A stretch of 64,000 bases of DNA from positions 1 to 64,000 of the forward strand of contig JBBRAE010000007.1 in the NCBI GenBank assembly GCA_038207085.1, in the 5' to 3' direction. This document shows, one piece after another, positions 47,858 through 57,207 of the stretch (position 1 is the first letter of the stretch; the number at the start of each line of letters is the position of its first letter). Under the pieces are notes generated by a model that ran no database searches, was not told where the DNA came from, and saw only the letters and a program-made list of their open reading frames with translations. Made by a program: the position numbers and the translations under genes. Source of the DNA: Armatimonadota bacterium (lineage in GTDB: Bacteria; Armatimonadota; UBA5829; DTLH01).

Positions 47858-47889
47858 CGTAGGGGCGGACCAATGTGTCCGCCCTTTCA
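47858..47889 (+). repeat. GTAG-type REP, copy 2
   Basis: Identical 32-mer to 22464-22495. Confidence 0.85.
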
Positions 47890-47945
47890 TCGACTACGCA
47901 CAACCCCTCAACAGAACCAAAAGCTCAAGAAAGTCGTGCCCAAAC

Positions 47946-49121
47946 TCAGGGAGAAAACTCTTCGCGCAGATTCTCCAACTCGCCAAGAACCGCCAAAGTG
48001 ACTGGGTTATCGGGCAAGAGACCGCAGAACTCAGCAAGCGCAGCCTCATCACCACTGGTTCGCACAACATCCTGAATGCGCGAGGCAGTCGGGTCATCAG
48101 CAGGGTCAAAGAGCAACCCAGCGGCGATCCCCTTACACACGTTCCTCGGAACAACCCCTTGCGCGACACAGAACTTCGCGCCACCGACGAGACGATCGTC
48201 CGACCCGAGCTTTCGCACGGGGTCGCGGCCGACTCGGGCGACCTGGTCACCAAGCGCGACGTTGCCAAAGCGCTGGATCAAGTCCTCGATGTGCGCGTGA
48301 TGCTCCACAAGATCGACGCCGTAGGCTCTGGCAAGCGCCTCACCGGTCTCCATCATCGCCGCGCGGGTCGCAGCAAGCACCCGGTCATCGCGCATCGCCT
48401 GCCACATAAACTCGTGCCCGCGAAGGTACCCGAGATACGCGGCTACAGCGTGACCGCAGTTGTGGGTGAAGAGCTTATCGTCGACAAACGCCTGGAAGTT
48501 GTCGTACGCCTCAACGCCCACGATCTCCGGCGCCGGCCCAACAAACGCATTACGATCGACCGGAAGCTTCTTATACGCCTCGACGACGATCAAAAGCGGG
48601 TCTTCGCGCCGCTGCTCCTCGGTCATAGTCGGCACCATCCGCGCGACAACCGACATCACAAACCCGACTTTCGAGTCAAAGTAGGAGTGACAATCGTTGG
48701 GGAGATTCTTTCGGACCTGATCGCGCAGAAACGTGTCGGCATGTGCCAGGTTTTCGCAGATGATGATGTTAAGCGGCGCATCGGAGCGCTCCACCATCCG
48801 TCGCTCGACGCCTCGGGCAAGCGCGGGAGCAATTGCAGGAAGCACGTTCACCCCAACAGCGGTGCAGGCGATATCAGCCGTAGCCAACTCGGACGCCACA
48901 GCCTCGATGTCCCGCCCGCTGACCGCGCGAATGTTCTTGATCTCTATATCTTCGGGGGTGTCACTCGCGATACGGATCGTATACGCGCCACGCTCACATA
49001 AGAGCCGGACAACATCCGGCATTACGTCGACAAACACCACCTCATAGCCCGACTCCGAGAAAAGCTGGCCGGTAAACCCCCGACCGATGTTCCCCGCGCC
49101 GAACTGAACCGCTTTCTTCAA
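47946..49121 (-). CDS. mtlD: Mannitol-1-phosphate 5-dehydrogenase family
   Basis: KAVQFGAGNIGRGF, TAVG, ICEN, KLFTHNCGHA and RVGRDPVRKL..DRL. Confidence 0.9.
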   Translation of the reverse strand: MKKAVQFGAGNIGRGFTGQLFSESGYEVVFVDVMPDVVRLLCERGAYTIRIASDTPEDIEIKNIRAVSGRDIEAVASELATADIACTAVGVNVLPAIAPALARGVERRMVERSDAPLNIIICENLAHADTFLRDQVRKNLPNDCHSYFDSKVGFVMSVVARMVPTMTEEQRREDPLLIVVEAYKKLPVDRNAFVGPAPEIVGVEAYDNFQAFVDDKLFTHNCGHAVAAYLGYLRGHEFMWQAMRDDRVLAATRAAMMETGEALARAYGVDLVEHHAHIEDLIQRFGNVALGDQVARVGRDPVRKLGSDDRLVGGAKFCVAQGVVPRNVCKGIAAGLLFDPADDPTASRIQDVVRTSGDEAALAEFCGLLPDNPVTLAVLGELENLREEFSP

Positions 49122-49124
49122 CCT

Positions 49125-49535
49125 CTATTTCCCTTCTTGCTGAAACTCTTCGAACGCATGCGGCATAAGCTCCGCAAGCGTGTAACGAATAACCTCACCG
49201 TCACTTCCGGCGGCTATAACAACAGGCGACGAGTCACCCGCAAACTCCTGCATCACCTGAAGACACGCGCCGCAGGGCATAGCAGGCTTTCCGTCAACCG
49301 AGATGGCAACGGCAACGATTTCGCGTTCGCCCTCGCTCACCGCTTTCCAGATAGCAACCCTTTCAGCGCACACAGTAAGGCCAAATGAGGCGTTTTCGAC
49401 GTTGCACCCCGTAAACACCCGGCCTGAGGAAACAAGCACCGCCGCTCCCACCTTAAAATTCGAGAAAGGCGCGTATGCCGACTCCCTCGCCGCCCGGGCA
49501 GCATCAATAAGCCCGTCCTGTTCAGGTATGTTCAA
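49125..49535 (-). CDS. cdd: Cytidine deaminase
   Basis: AYAPFSNFKVGAA, GCNVENAS, CAER and PCGAC. Confidence 0.96.
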   Translation of the reverse strand: MNIPEQDGLIDAARAARESAYAPFSNFKVGAAVLVSSGRVFTGCNVENASFGLTVCAERVAIWKAVSEGEREIVAVAISVDGKPAMPCGACLQVMQEFAGDSSPVVIAAGSDGEVIRYTLAELMPHAFEEFQQEGK

Positions 49536-49563
49536 GTTAGAGCCCTCATGCTATACACACTTA

Positions 49564-49634
49564 GAGCGTATCTGAGAAATCCCGATTGTAGTGGCCGGTC
49601 GCCGTGCCAGCCACTACACTTCTCAGACACGCTC
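49564..49634. mobile_element. IS5-like MITE, short copy (71 bp)
   Basis: TIRs GAGCGTATCTGAGAA / TTCTCAGACACGCTC flanked by TTA direct repeats at 49561-63 and 49635-37. Confidence 0.8.
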
Positions 49635-51995
49635 TTAGAGTCTGATGGTGATGACCGTAGCCCCTGCGCCGCCCTCGTCCGGGTTTCCGATTCGGTATGA
49701 CTCGACGGCGGGATAGTCCCTGATAAAGCTCCAGACCGCCGCCTTCAGAGCGCCGGTGCCTTTGCCGTGGATGATCCTGACTTCCTTCAATCCCGCCGCC
49801 TGGGCTTCATCGAGATACTTCTCAAGGTTATAGAGCGCGCCCTCGGCCCGCTGGGCGATGAGATTCAGCTCCATCGACACGTTAGCGGCCTTGGTAAGGG
49901 TGATGCTCGTCCCGGAAGTGCGTTCAGGCGAGCGTTCTTCCTTCTTGCCGCCCTGAGCAGGCCTGAGCGAACTTGCCTTCACATTCACCCGCATAGCGCC
50001 AATCACAACCGTCGCCTCACCATCGTGAATGTCACTAAGGAGCACACCTTCCTGGTTCAGGTTAGCGATCCGCACCGCGTCACCCTTCTTAAAGACAACG
50101 CCCTCGACCGGAAGCTCTTCCACCGGCTCGGTGATCTCGACCAGATCCTCCCGGATCTTCTGAAGCGTCTCTTTAGTCTCGTGCTTCAGGCGCTCCGAAC
50201 GCTTGCCGGCAGCCGTGGTCTTCGCCAATTCTTCCATGGCTCGATCGAGCCTGCGGGTGTATCGCTCGATCAACTGCTTGCCCCTGCCCCGAACCTCGTC
50301 CTCAAGGTTCTCGCGTGCGTGCTCAAGCTTTCGAACCTGCTCCTCGTAACGTTTACGCAGCTGGTCAGCCTCAATCGCAGCCTGGCGCGCCTCGCGCTGA
50401 TCGTCCATAGCCGCCTTGTGGCTCTCTTCGATCCGCCTGATTATCTCATCGGACCCGTCCTCGCGCCCGGAGAGCGACACACGAGCGTGGCGGATAACGT
50501 CCTCGGGCATCCCCAGCCGAGCGGCGATCGACAGCGCGTTGCTGCTCCCCGGAACCCCGATCATCAGCCGGTAGGTCGGGCGAAGCGTCTCCAGATCGAA
50601 CTCGACGCTCGCATTCTCCACCTTATCTCGGGTAAACGCATATTCTTTCAGCTCCCCATAGTGGCTAGTCGCGACGATCCTTGAGCCAGCCGCCATCAGG
50701 AACTCAAGCACGGCTTTGGCAAGCGCCGCACCTTCAGCGGGGTCTGTCCCTGCGCCGAGCTCGTCAAAGAGAATGAGCGAGTTTGGGTGAACCGTCTTTA
50801 GCACCCGCACGATGTTGCGCACGTGGGACGAAAACGTTGAAAGCGACTGCTCGATGCTCTGCTCGTCGCCGATATCGGCAAATACCTGGTCGAACACGGC
50901 GATCTCGGTCCCCGGCGCGGCAGGCACGTGCAGCCCGGACTGCGCCATCAGGGTCAAGAGGCCCATAGTCTTCAGTGTGACGGTCTTGCCACCGGTATTA
51001 GGTCCGGTGATCAGAAGGGAGGTAAACTTTCGGCCAAGTTCCACGTCAATCGGGACGACGTCGCCTGTGAGCAATGGGTGACGGGCAGCAACGAGGCGTA
51101 TCCAGCGGTCCTTGTTAAGAAGTGGCTCGTTGGCATCCATCTTGAGCGACAGCCCAGCTTTGGCCGTGACAAAATCTATGTGAGCGATGGCGTCCACCGA
51201 AAGAAGCGCGTCAGCGGCGATCACTGTGACTTCCGCCGTAAGCGCGCGCAGGATCTTCTCTATCTCCTCACGCTCTTTGGCGACGAAGCGTTTCATATCG
51301 TTGCCGAGGTCGATCACCTGCTCTGGCTCGACGAAAAGCGTCGCACCGGAGGCGCTCGCGTCGTGGACGATACCCCGAATGACCGAGCGATATTCCACCT
51401 TCACCGGCAGACAATACCTGTCATGCCTCTGGGTGATGACCGGGTCCTGAACCGCCGTGCGGTATTTGGACGACTGAATCATCGAGTTCAGCCGCTCCAT
51501 TATCCGAGAGTGGGTGGTCTTCATATCGCTTCGCACCCTGCCAAGCGACAAGCTCGCAGAGTCGAGTATATCCCCACCAGCGCTGATCGAATGGGTAATG
51601 TGCTCTTCAAGCTTCTCAAACACCGAAATCCGCCCGGCAAAGCCCGCGAGGATCGGCGCATTGTCCTTCTGTTTCAGAAGAAACGACCGAAGCCTTCTGC
51701 CCGCCCCCAGCGTCTGAGCGATGTCGAGGAGCTCAAGCGGCTGGAGCATCGATTCGATCTCAGCCTTGCGCACAAGCTCACGAATGTCCGTAACTCCGCC
51801 AAGTGGCATGCTCCCGTGCGAAAGCAGAATCTCACGGGCCTCGGAGGTCTCTGCGAGCGTGCGCCTGATGTGTTCGAGGTCCGTCACCGGGACGAGCGCA
51901 ACCGCCCGCTCACGCCCAAGCGAACACGCCGCATGTTCCGCGAGCAGATGCCGTATCTTATCAAACTCAAGGACTCTTAGAGAATGAGATTCCAC
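49635..51995 (-). CDS. mutS2: Endonuclease MutS2
   Basis: ITGPNTGGKT, DIGDEQSIEQSLSTFSSH, DELGAGTDP and Smr domain IIHGKGTG. Confidence 0.97.
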   Translation of the reverse strand: MESHSLRVLEFDKIRHLLAEHAACSLGRERAVALVPVTDLEHIRRTLAETSEAREILLSHGSMPLGGVTDIRELVRKAEIESMLQPLELLDIAQTLGAGRRLRSFLLKQKDNAPILAGFAGRISVFEKLEEHITHSISAGGDILDSASLSLGRVRSDMKTTHSRIMERLNSMIQSSKYRTAVQDPVITQRHDRYCLPVKVEYRSVIRGIVHDASASGATLFVEPEQVIDLGNDMKRFVAKEREEIEKILRALTAEVTVIAADALLSVDAIAHIDFVTAKAGLSLKMDANEPLLNKDRWIRLVAARHPLLTGDVVPIDVELGRKFTSLLITGPNTGGKTVTLKTMGLLTLMAQSGLHVPAAPGTEIAVFDQVFADIGDEQSIEQSLSTFSSHVRNIVRVLKTVHPNSLILFDELGAGTDPAEGAALAKAVLEFLMAAGSRIVATSHYGELKEYAFTRDKVENASVEFDLETLRPTYRLMIGVPGSSNALSIAARLGMPEDVIRHARVSLSGREDGSDEIIRRIEESHKAAMDDQREARQAAIEADQLRKRYEEQVRKLEHARENLEDEVRGRGKQLIERYTRRLDRAMEELAKTTAAGKRSERLKHETKETLQKIREDLVEITEPVEELPVEGVVFKKGDAVRIANLNQEGVLLSDIHDGEATVVIGAMRVNVKASSLRPAQGGKKEERSPERTSGTSITLTKAANVSMELNLIAQRAEGALYNLEKYLDEAQAAGLKEVRIIHGKGTGALKAAVWSFIRDYPAVESYRIGNPDEGGAGATVITIRL

Positions 51996-52104
51996 TGTTT
52001 ACCATAACCACACTAAACCGCGAAGAGCGAAACAGGCGCAGGCGCGAAAGCTGACACCTTCGCACACTCGCTTGTTTCGCCCTTTTGCAGTTGAAATTGT
52101 TGAC

Positions 52105-52461
52105 TTAGAACCCTGGCAGACCCATCCCAGGAGGGAGATCGAGTCCACCCGTGAGTGCCTGCATCCGTTCCTTGCGCCGCTCGGTAGCCTGCTCAAGCGC
52201 CTCGCGAACCGCGCTTGTGACGAGGTCCTGCAGCATCTCCACATCTTCGGGATCTACCACTTCCGGGGCGATCTTGACCTCGACCAGCTCAGCCATACCG
52301 TTCACGACTGCTGTAACCATTCCACCGCCGGAGCTGACTTCGATCATCTCCGAGGCAAGCTCTTCCTCGGTCCGCTGGGTGTCTTCAGCAAACTTCTGGA
52401 CCTGCTTCATCATCGACTGAATGTTAAATCCCCCACCGAATGGGTTGGGCATCTTGGGCAT
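52105..52461 (-). CDS. ybaB: YbaB/EbfC nucleoid-associated protein
   Basis: SSGGGMV..VVDPEDVEMLQDLV; downstream of dnaX. Confidence 0.95.
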   Translation of the reverse strand: MPKMPNPFGGGFNIQSMMKQVQKFAEDTQRTEEELASEMIEVSSGGGMVTAVVNGMAELVEVKIAPEVVDPEDVEMLQDLVTSAVREALEQATERRKERMQALTGGLDLPPGMGLPGF

Positions 52462-52496
52462 TTAGATATCCTCCAATAAATCACGACCGAAGAGCC

Positions 52497-54200
52497 TTAG
52501 CTCCCGTCACTGTCCTCTACAACTTTTCCACCAAACATCTGCAGCACGTCCTCGACCAGATTGGCCTCCTCGCCATCAGACGGCGGAGACATTTCGACCG
52601 GCGGAGCATCCGGCTCGTTCTGCAGCACGGGCTCCTGGCCCACCGAAACGGCCTTCAGACCAAACCGCTGCCCGGTAACCGCCTCAAGCGCATGCTTGAT
52701 GACCTCGGCAACATCCGGCTGCTGCATCTTCTGGACGTGAAAACTGAACTTCTCATCAAAACCTATCACAAGAACATTCTTCGATATACTTATAATCTGA
52801 GCTTCCCTAAGTATGCCGACATAGAGTTTCTTCCCCTGAACGTCCCTGACATGCCCCAAAATTCTGGGCCACGCGCGCCGGATCATATCCACATCCGCGT
52901 CCCCTGATGCAAACGCCGAAGCGTCGACCGTATCCACCTTCACACCGTGACTGACAGGAGCAACCGGCGCGGGCGTATTATCAGGCACCGTCACCGCAGG
53001 CTTAGGGGTAACATTTGGAGCGGGCTTCGGGGCAGCATGCCTTGGAGCCGGAGCCACCGGGGTCGCTGGAACATAAGCCGGAGGAGCGGGATAAACAGTC
53101 GCATCCGCCTGCTGAACGACCACCTGACGGGGCGCAGCCGGGCCAGTGATAGCCTTAAGAAGCGACATCTCAAGTGCAAGTCTGTGCTGCTCGTTCCAGC
53201 GGAGATCCTTTTCGGCTGCCGAAAACACCTCAACAAGCGAAACAAGCTTCTCACGCGTAAACTGCCTTGCGCGCTCAGCGGCCTTCAGACTCGCCTCAGC
53301 CCCAGCTCCGACTGATGCGGCCAATAGATCCCTAAAGTGCCCTGCAACGGCTTTTAGAAGCTCCCTGATGTCTTTGCCCTCATGGATCAACCGCCCGGCA
53401 AGCTCAAAAGCCGCGGCAGCGTCCTCAGAGGCAACGACCTGCGAAATCTCAAATAGAACGTCCTCATCGACCATCCCAAGCACCGTGTTGACGTGCTCAG
53501 AGGTCAGACGGTCGTCAGTGTAGGCAAGCACCTGTTCAAGCAGACTTAGCGAGTCCCGGAAAGACCCCTGAGCGCTTCTTGCAAGCACCGCGAGCGCATC
53601 CTCATCATACTCTCGCCCCTCAAGACCGAGCACATGCCCAAGCCTCGATGCAATGTCCGCGATGCTTCCGCGCCTGAAGTCAAACTGCTGGCAGCGGCTT
53701 CTAATCGTGAGCGGGATCTCGTGTGCTTCAGTGGTCGCAAGCACAAAAATCGCGTGGGCGGGCGGCTCTTCAAGAGTCTTCAGGAAGGCGTCTTTGGCGG
53801 CGTCTGAAAGCTGATGGGCCTCGTCGATCACATAGACCTTGTAGCGAAGCCGCATTGGGGGATACTTCACGTTGTCTCTTAGGTCACGGATATCGTCGAT
53901 GCTTCTGTGCGAAGCCGCGTCAAGCTCGACCACATCCACTGCTGAGCCGTCCGTGACGCTCAAACACGCCTCGCACTTGCAGCAGGGTGTAGGCGTGGGG
54001 CCATGCTCGCAGTTGACCGACTTGGCAAGAAGCCTCGCGACCGTGGTCTTACCCGTACCTCTTGAACCGCAGAACAGGTAGGCGTGCCCAATCCTGCCGG
54101 ATCTGATTGCGTTTTGCAGAGTCCGGGTTACATGGTCCTGCCCCACAACATCGTCGAACGTCTGGGATCGGTATTTTCGGTAAAGAGATACATATGCCAT
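52497..54200 (-). CDS. dnaX: DNA polymerase III subunit gamma/tau
   Basis: LYRKYR.QTF, GSRGTGKTT, IDEAH, LKTLEEPP and TIRSRCQ. Confidence 0.98.
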   Translation of the reverse strand: MAYVSLYRKYRSQTFDDVVGQDHVTRTLQNAIRSGRIGHAYLFCGSRGTGKTTVARLLAKSVNCEHGPTPTPCCKCEACLSVTDGSAVDVVELDAASHRSIDDIRDLRDNVKYPPMRLRYKVYVIDEAHQLSDAAKDAFLKTLEEPPAHAIFVLATTEAHEIPLTIRSRCQQFDFRRGSIADIASRLGHVLGLEGREYDEDALAVLARSAQGSFRDSLSLLEQVLAYTDDRLTSEHVNTVLGMVDEDVLFEISQVVASEDAAAAFELAGRLIHEGKDIRELLKAVAGHFRDLLAASVGAGAEASLKAAERARQFTREKLVSLVEVFSAAEKDLRWNEQHRLALEMSLLKAITGPAAPRQVVVQQADATVYPAPPAYVPATPVAPAPRHAAPKPAPNVTPKPAVTVPDNTPAPVAPVSHGVKVDTVDASAFASGDADVDMIRRAWPRILGHVRDVQGKKLYVGILREAQIISISKNVLVIGFDEKFSFHVQKMQQPDVAEVIKHALEAVTGQRFGLKAVSVGQEPVLQNEPDAPPVEMSPPSDGEEANLVEDVLQMFGGKVVEDSDGS

Positions 54201-54213
54201 AATTGTTCACTAA

Positions 54214-54397
54214 GAGCGTGTCCGAGAAGTGTAGTGGCCGTCCGCCGTGACGGCCATCGGCTCCGAAGGAGCCGGAATACGGTGGAATTTCGTGCCAATT
54301 GAACATTGATACGAGATTGCGCCGTAGGGCAGCGCCTACGGCGCTGATGGCCGGCACGGCGACCGGCCACTACAATCGGGATTTCTCAGACACGCTC
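54214..54397. mobile_element. IS5-like MITE, long copy (184 bp), opposite orientation
   Basis: TIRs GAGCGTGTCCGAGAA / TTCTCAGACACGCTC flanked by TAA direct repeats at 54211-13 and 54398-400. Confidence 0.8.
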
Positions 54398-54457
54398 TAA
54401 GGGATGGCGGGCCTAACCGCAACCACCAACCCCTGTTTGGATTCGTCCTTATCAAGT

Positions 54458-54728
54458 GACCGTGCACCTGTTGTCGATACGCCCGTCCGAGTGTTACCTC
54501 ACACCAGAAAGCTCCAGCCAGGACACCTGGCGGCACATGGGCGAACCAGTTTACCGCTGCTTCCTTCCGGACCTGACGGGATTCACTGGCCGGCCATTGC
54601 GCCGGGCCCGACTCTCAACACTCCTGACACAAGTACGCCTCAAGCGAACCGCACCTCGAACAGGAACTCAGCCCCGCTGTAGCGGATTGCGGGTTCAGGG
54701 CACCGCTAGTTCCCCGCCTAGCACGATC
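54458..54728 (-). ncRNA. ffs: SRP RNA, large (Alu-domain, Bacillus-type), about 270 nt
   Basis: 5' CGTGCTAGGCGGGGAACTAGCGGTGCCCTGAACCCGCAATCCGC, helix 8 GTCAGGTCCGGAAGGAAGCAGC, 3' GGTGCACGGTC; lies upstream of dnaX. Confidence 0.95.
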
Positions 54729-54865
54729 ACTAGATAAGAACGAATCTTCTTTCCCAAATGGCAAAAACCCGCCATTTGCAACCCCTGACAGGAAAACAGG
54801 TAACAGGCAGCAGACGGGATAGCCCGACCGTTATCTGTTACCCACAAACTCTTACCTATCAGACC

Positions 54866-56356
54866 CTATATTATATCACGTTTCTGGATAATAAATTCCT
54901 TGAAAAGCATCCGATACCCAGGATTAATCGTAGTATTTACAAACTGCTTGTCCGTCATACCCTCGCCTTTCCAACCGATCCTGTCCTGAATGAAATCAGC
55001 AGATTCCTGCGGGTTCAGCCAGATGACCAGTTTGTATTTGTCCTTTGCAAACGGGTATATCTGCGGATCCTTGGACATGTCGATCAGGATATCGAACTTG
55101 CCGTTGTGAATCGCGGTATCGTCCCACATCACCGTCTGTGATCGGTCTATATCCCAACTGAAGTACTTTGGCTCGGGCAGGTTCCAGAAGTCATAGTCAT
55201 AATCGACTAGCATGATCTTCAGCCTGGCCCCGTTCCTGAACTTATCCCGAGCATAAACCGGCCTTTTGACGTTGCTGGCGTAATAGTTGGTGTATGGCTC
55301 AGACTCAAGGTTGCGATACTCCTCGACTGCAGCCATGTCAGCCGAGCCTTTGATCCGGATAACCTTGGACTTCACCCGCTTCCAAGCTACTTTGAAGTTC
55401 ACGTCAACCGGCGGCTTGACATCGCGAGGCACTATCCCGGTCGCCTTCCACCTGGCAAGACTCGCCTTGGCAGCTTCGAGAGCGCGCTTCTGAACCGGAT
55501 CCATGTTCACAATGTCATCGATCACCTTGATGCCCCGCTCGTAAGCGGCCAAGTCGCCGTAGCGCCAACCCCTTCGCAAAAGGAACAGCCCCAAGTTCTT
55601 GCGGGCGATAATCTCCTCTTGATAGCTGGTGCTATCTGCAGCCGTGCGTGCTGCTGCAGCTTCTGACATACATCTCTTCCACTGCGCCTCGCACTCATCG
55701 AACATGCCGGCCTTTTCGTAGCAGTGGGCTAGCATCCTCGCGACATACGCCGGACGCGGAATGACTTTGCCCGTGTTCACATCGCGAGCAACCTTGTCCT
55801 GGGCTCTTTTCATCCAGTAGATCGCCTTGTCGTATTTCTTCGCCTTCTGGAAGTAATGAGTCCAGGCAAGCTCGAAATACAGGTTATAGATCCCCGGGTT
55901 ATTCTCTACGCCTTCCTCAAGCAGCCGCACAGCAGGCGGGATATACCGCCTGTCGGAACGCTCCTCAGAGTCGACGAAGTTATAGTCCAAGTGCCATGCG
56001 CCTGTGGTGTAGACCTCAATCTGCTGAGGGTCAAGCCACGTGACGAGCCTCACAATCGGCAAAATAGCCTCATACTGCCCGGTGTGAAAGAACTCGTCGG
56101 CTCTCACCCAAAGCAGGCTTGCCGTAGCCTCACGAAGACCAAGCGCAGCAGCTCCGAAGAACTGCACCGGCAGGTCAAATAGCAGGTTTTTTGCTTTGCC
56201 GTCGCCGGTACGCGCCGTCTCAGCCATTCCCCACCCCTGGCTCTTCGCTTTTTCGTCGTAGCGAAGGTAGTTGATAGGCCGCTGGACCACGCCAATTGCG
56301 ATGAACGCGACAAGCGCGACCGCGATCAGGACTGTTTTCTTGCCCTGAGTCATCAT
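54866..56356 (-). CDS. Membrane-anchored TPR-like hypothetical protein
   Basis: N-terminal TM; LLWVRADEFFH..VTWLDP..LEEGVENNP helical-repeat pattern; translationally coupled to the permease gene. Confidence 0.75.
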   Translation of the reverse strand: MMTQGKKTVLIAVALVAFIAIGVVQRPINYLRYDEKAKSQGWGMAETARTGDGKAKNLLFDLPVQFFGAAALGLREATASLLWVRADEFFHTGQYEAILPIVRLVTWLDPQQIEVYTTGAWHLDYNFVDSEERSDRRYIPPAVRLLEEGVENNPGIYNLYFELAWTHYFQKAKKYDKAIYWMKRAQDKVARDVNTGKVIPRPAYVARMLAHCYEKAGMFDECEAQWKRCMSEAAAARTAADSTSYQEEIIARKNLGLFLLRRGWRYGDLAAYERGIKVIDDIVNMDPVQKRALEAAKASLARWKATGIVPRDVKPPVDVNFKVAWKRVKSKVIRIKGSADMAAVEEYRNLESEPYTNYYASNVKRPVYARDKFRNGARLKIMLVDYDYDFWNLPEPKYFSWDIDRSQTVMWDDTAIHNGKFDILIDMSKDPQIYPFAKDKYKLVIWLNPQESADFIQDRIGWKGEGMTDKQFVNTTINPGYRMLFKEFIIQKRDII

Positions 56357-57207
56357 CACACCTCCTTGCGCTCAAAGACGATGACGGCCGCAATCATCAC
56401 AACCAATGAGTAAAGAACCGCATAGAGAACCGTCAGCCCCACATACTCCATCGGGCCTCCACGAAACTCCTGAACGGGGTGAATCAGCTTGTTTTGGATA
56501 TTGAACCTGTCAAAGTTCGGCAGAACATTTGAAACGAGCATATAGAAGCCCTTCACCACGGGATTAGCTTCCGAGCCGCTCACGTACATGGACTTCCAAA
56601 TCCCAGCCGCGCTTCCAACGATGTAGACCCCGGCGCTTGCAAAGAAGTTCACCGTGGGAGTAAGAAACACCGAAAACAGCATCACAACCGCGGAAAGCAC
56701 CACGAACTGGAAGTAGATCATAACAACGCCGAGGACAAGCTGCGGGTCAAACGCCTGCACTTTCCTCGCCGCAGCCTCAACCGCTACTCCAACGCCGCCT
56801 GCCGTGGACTGAACATCGGTGCCAAAAGCCGCTTTCAGCGTCACCATCAGGACGAACACAGCGCCCATAATGCCGATATTGATCGCAAGCGTAAGGAGTC
56901 CGCCCAGGAACTTGCCGACGACAAACTCATACCGATTAACAGGCTTGGCAAGAATTGTGTAGATAGTCCGCCGCTCAACCTCGTTAGGTATAAGCGAAAC
57001 GCACATCAGAAGGCTTATGACAAACCCCGCAAGCAGTATAACAAAGAGCCCGAGGCTCTTTACGATGGTCATATCCTGCTTGAACGAGAACTGAGTAAAG
57101 CTCAGTGAAATAACTATCATCGCGATGGCGACAATGAGACAGATGTTCAGAACCTTCTTCCTCATCGCCTCGCCAACAGTGGTTCTGGCTATAGTCCAAA
57201 TCGCCAT
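56356..57207 (-). CDS. ABC-2 type permease (PilI-like)
   Basis: IARTTVGEAMRKK, IPNEVERRTIYTILAKPVNR.EFVVGKFLG and FERKEV. Confidence 0.9.
   Translation of the reverse strand: MAIWTIARTTVGEAMRKKVLNICLIVAIAMIVISLSFTQFSFKQDMTIVKSLGLFVILLAGFVISLLMCVSLIPNEVERRTIYTILAKPVNRYEFVVGKFLGGLLTLAINIGIMGAVFVLMVTLKAAFGTDVQSTAGGVGVAVEAAARKVQAFDPQLVLGVVMIYFQFVVLSAVVMLFSVFLTPTVNFFASAGVYIVGSAAGIWKSMYVSGSEANPVVKGFYMLVSNVLPNFDRFNIQNKLIHPVQEFRGGPMEYVGLTVLYAVLYSLVVMIAAVIVFERKEV

Noticed and set aside
47814..51980. Long plus-strand ORFs (395, 305 and 350 aa)
   Set aside because: Antisense to mtlD and mutS2; no recognisable domains.
52497..54200. Programmed frameshift site in dnaX
   Set aside because: No AAAAAAG slippery site or long A-run seen; the Pro/Ala-rich linker is ordinary.
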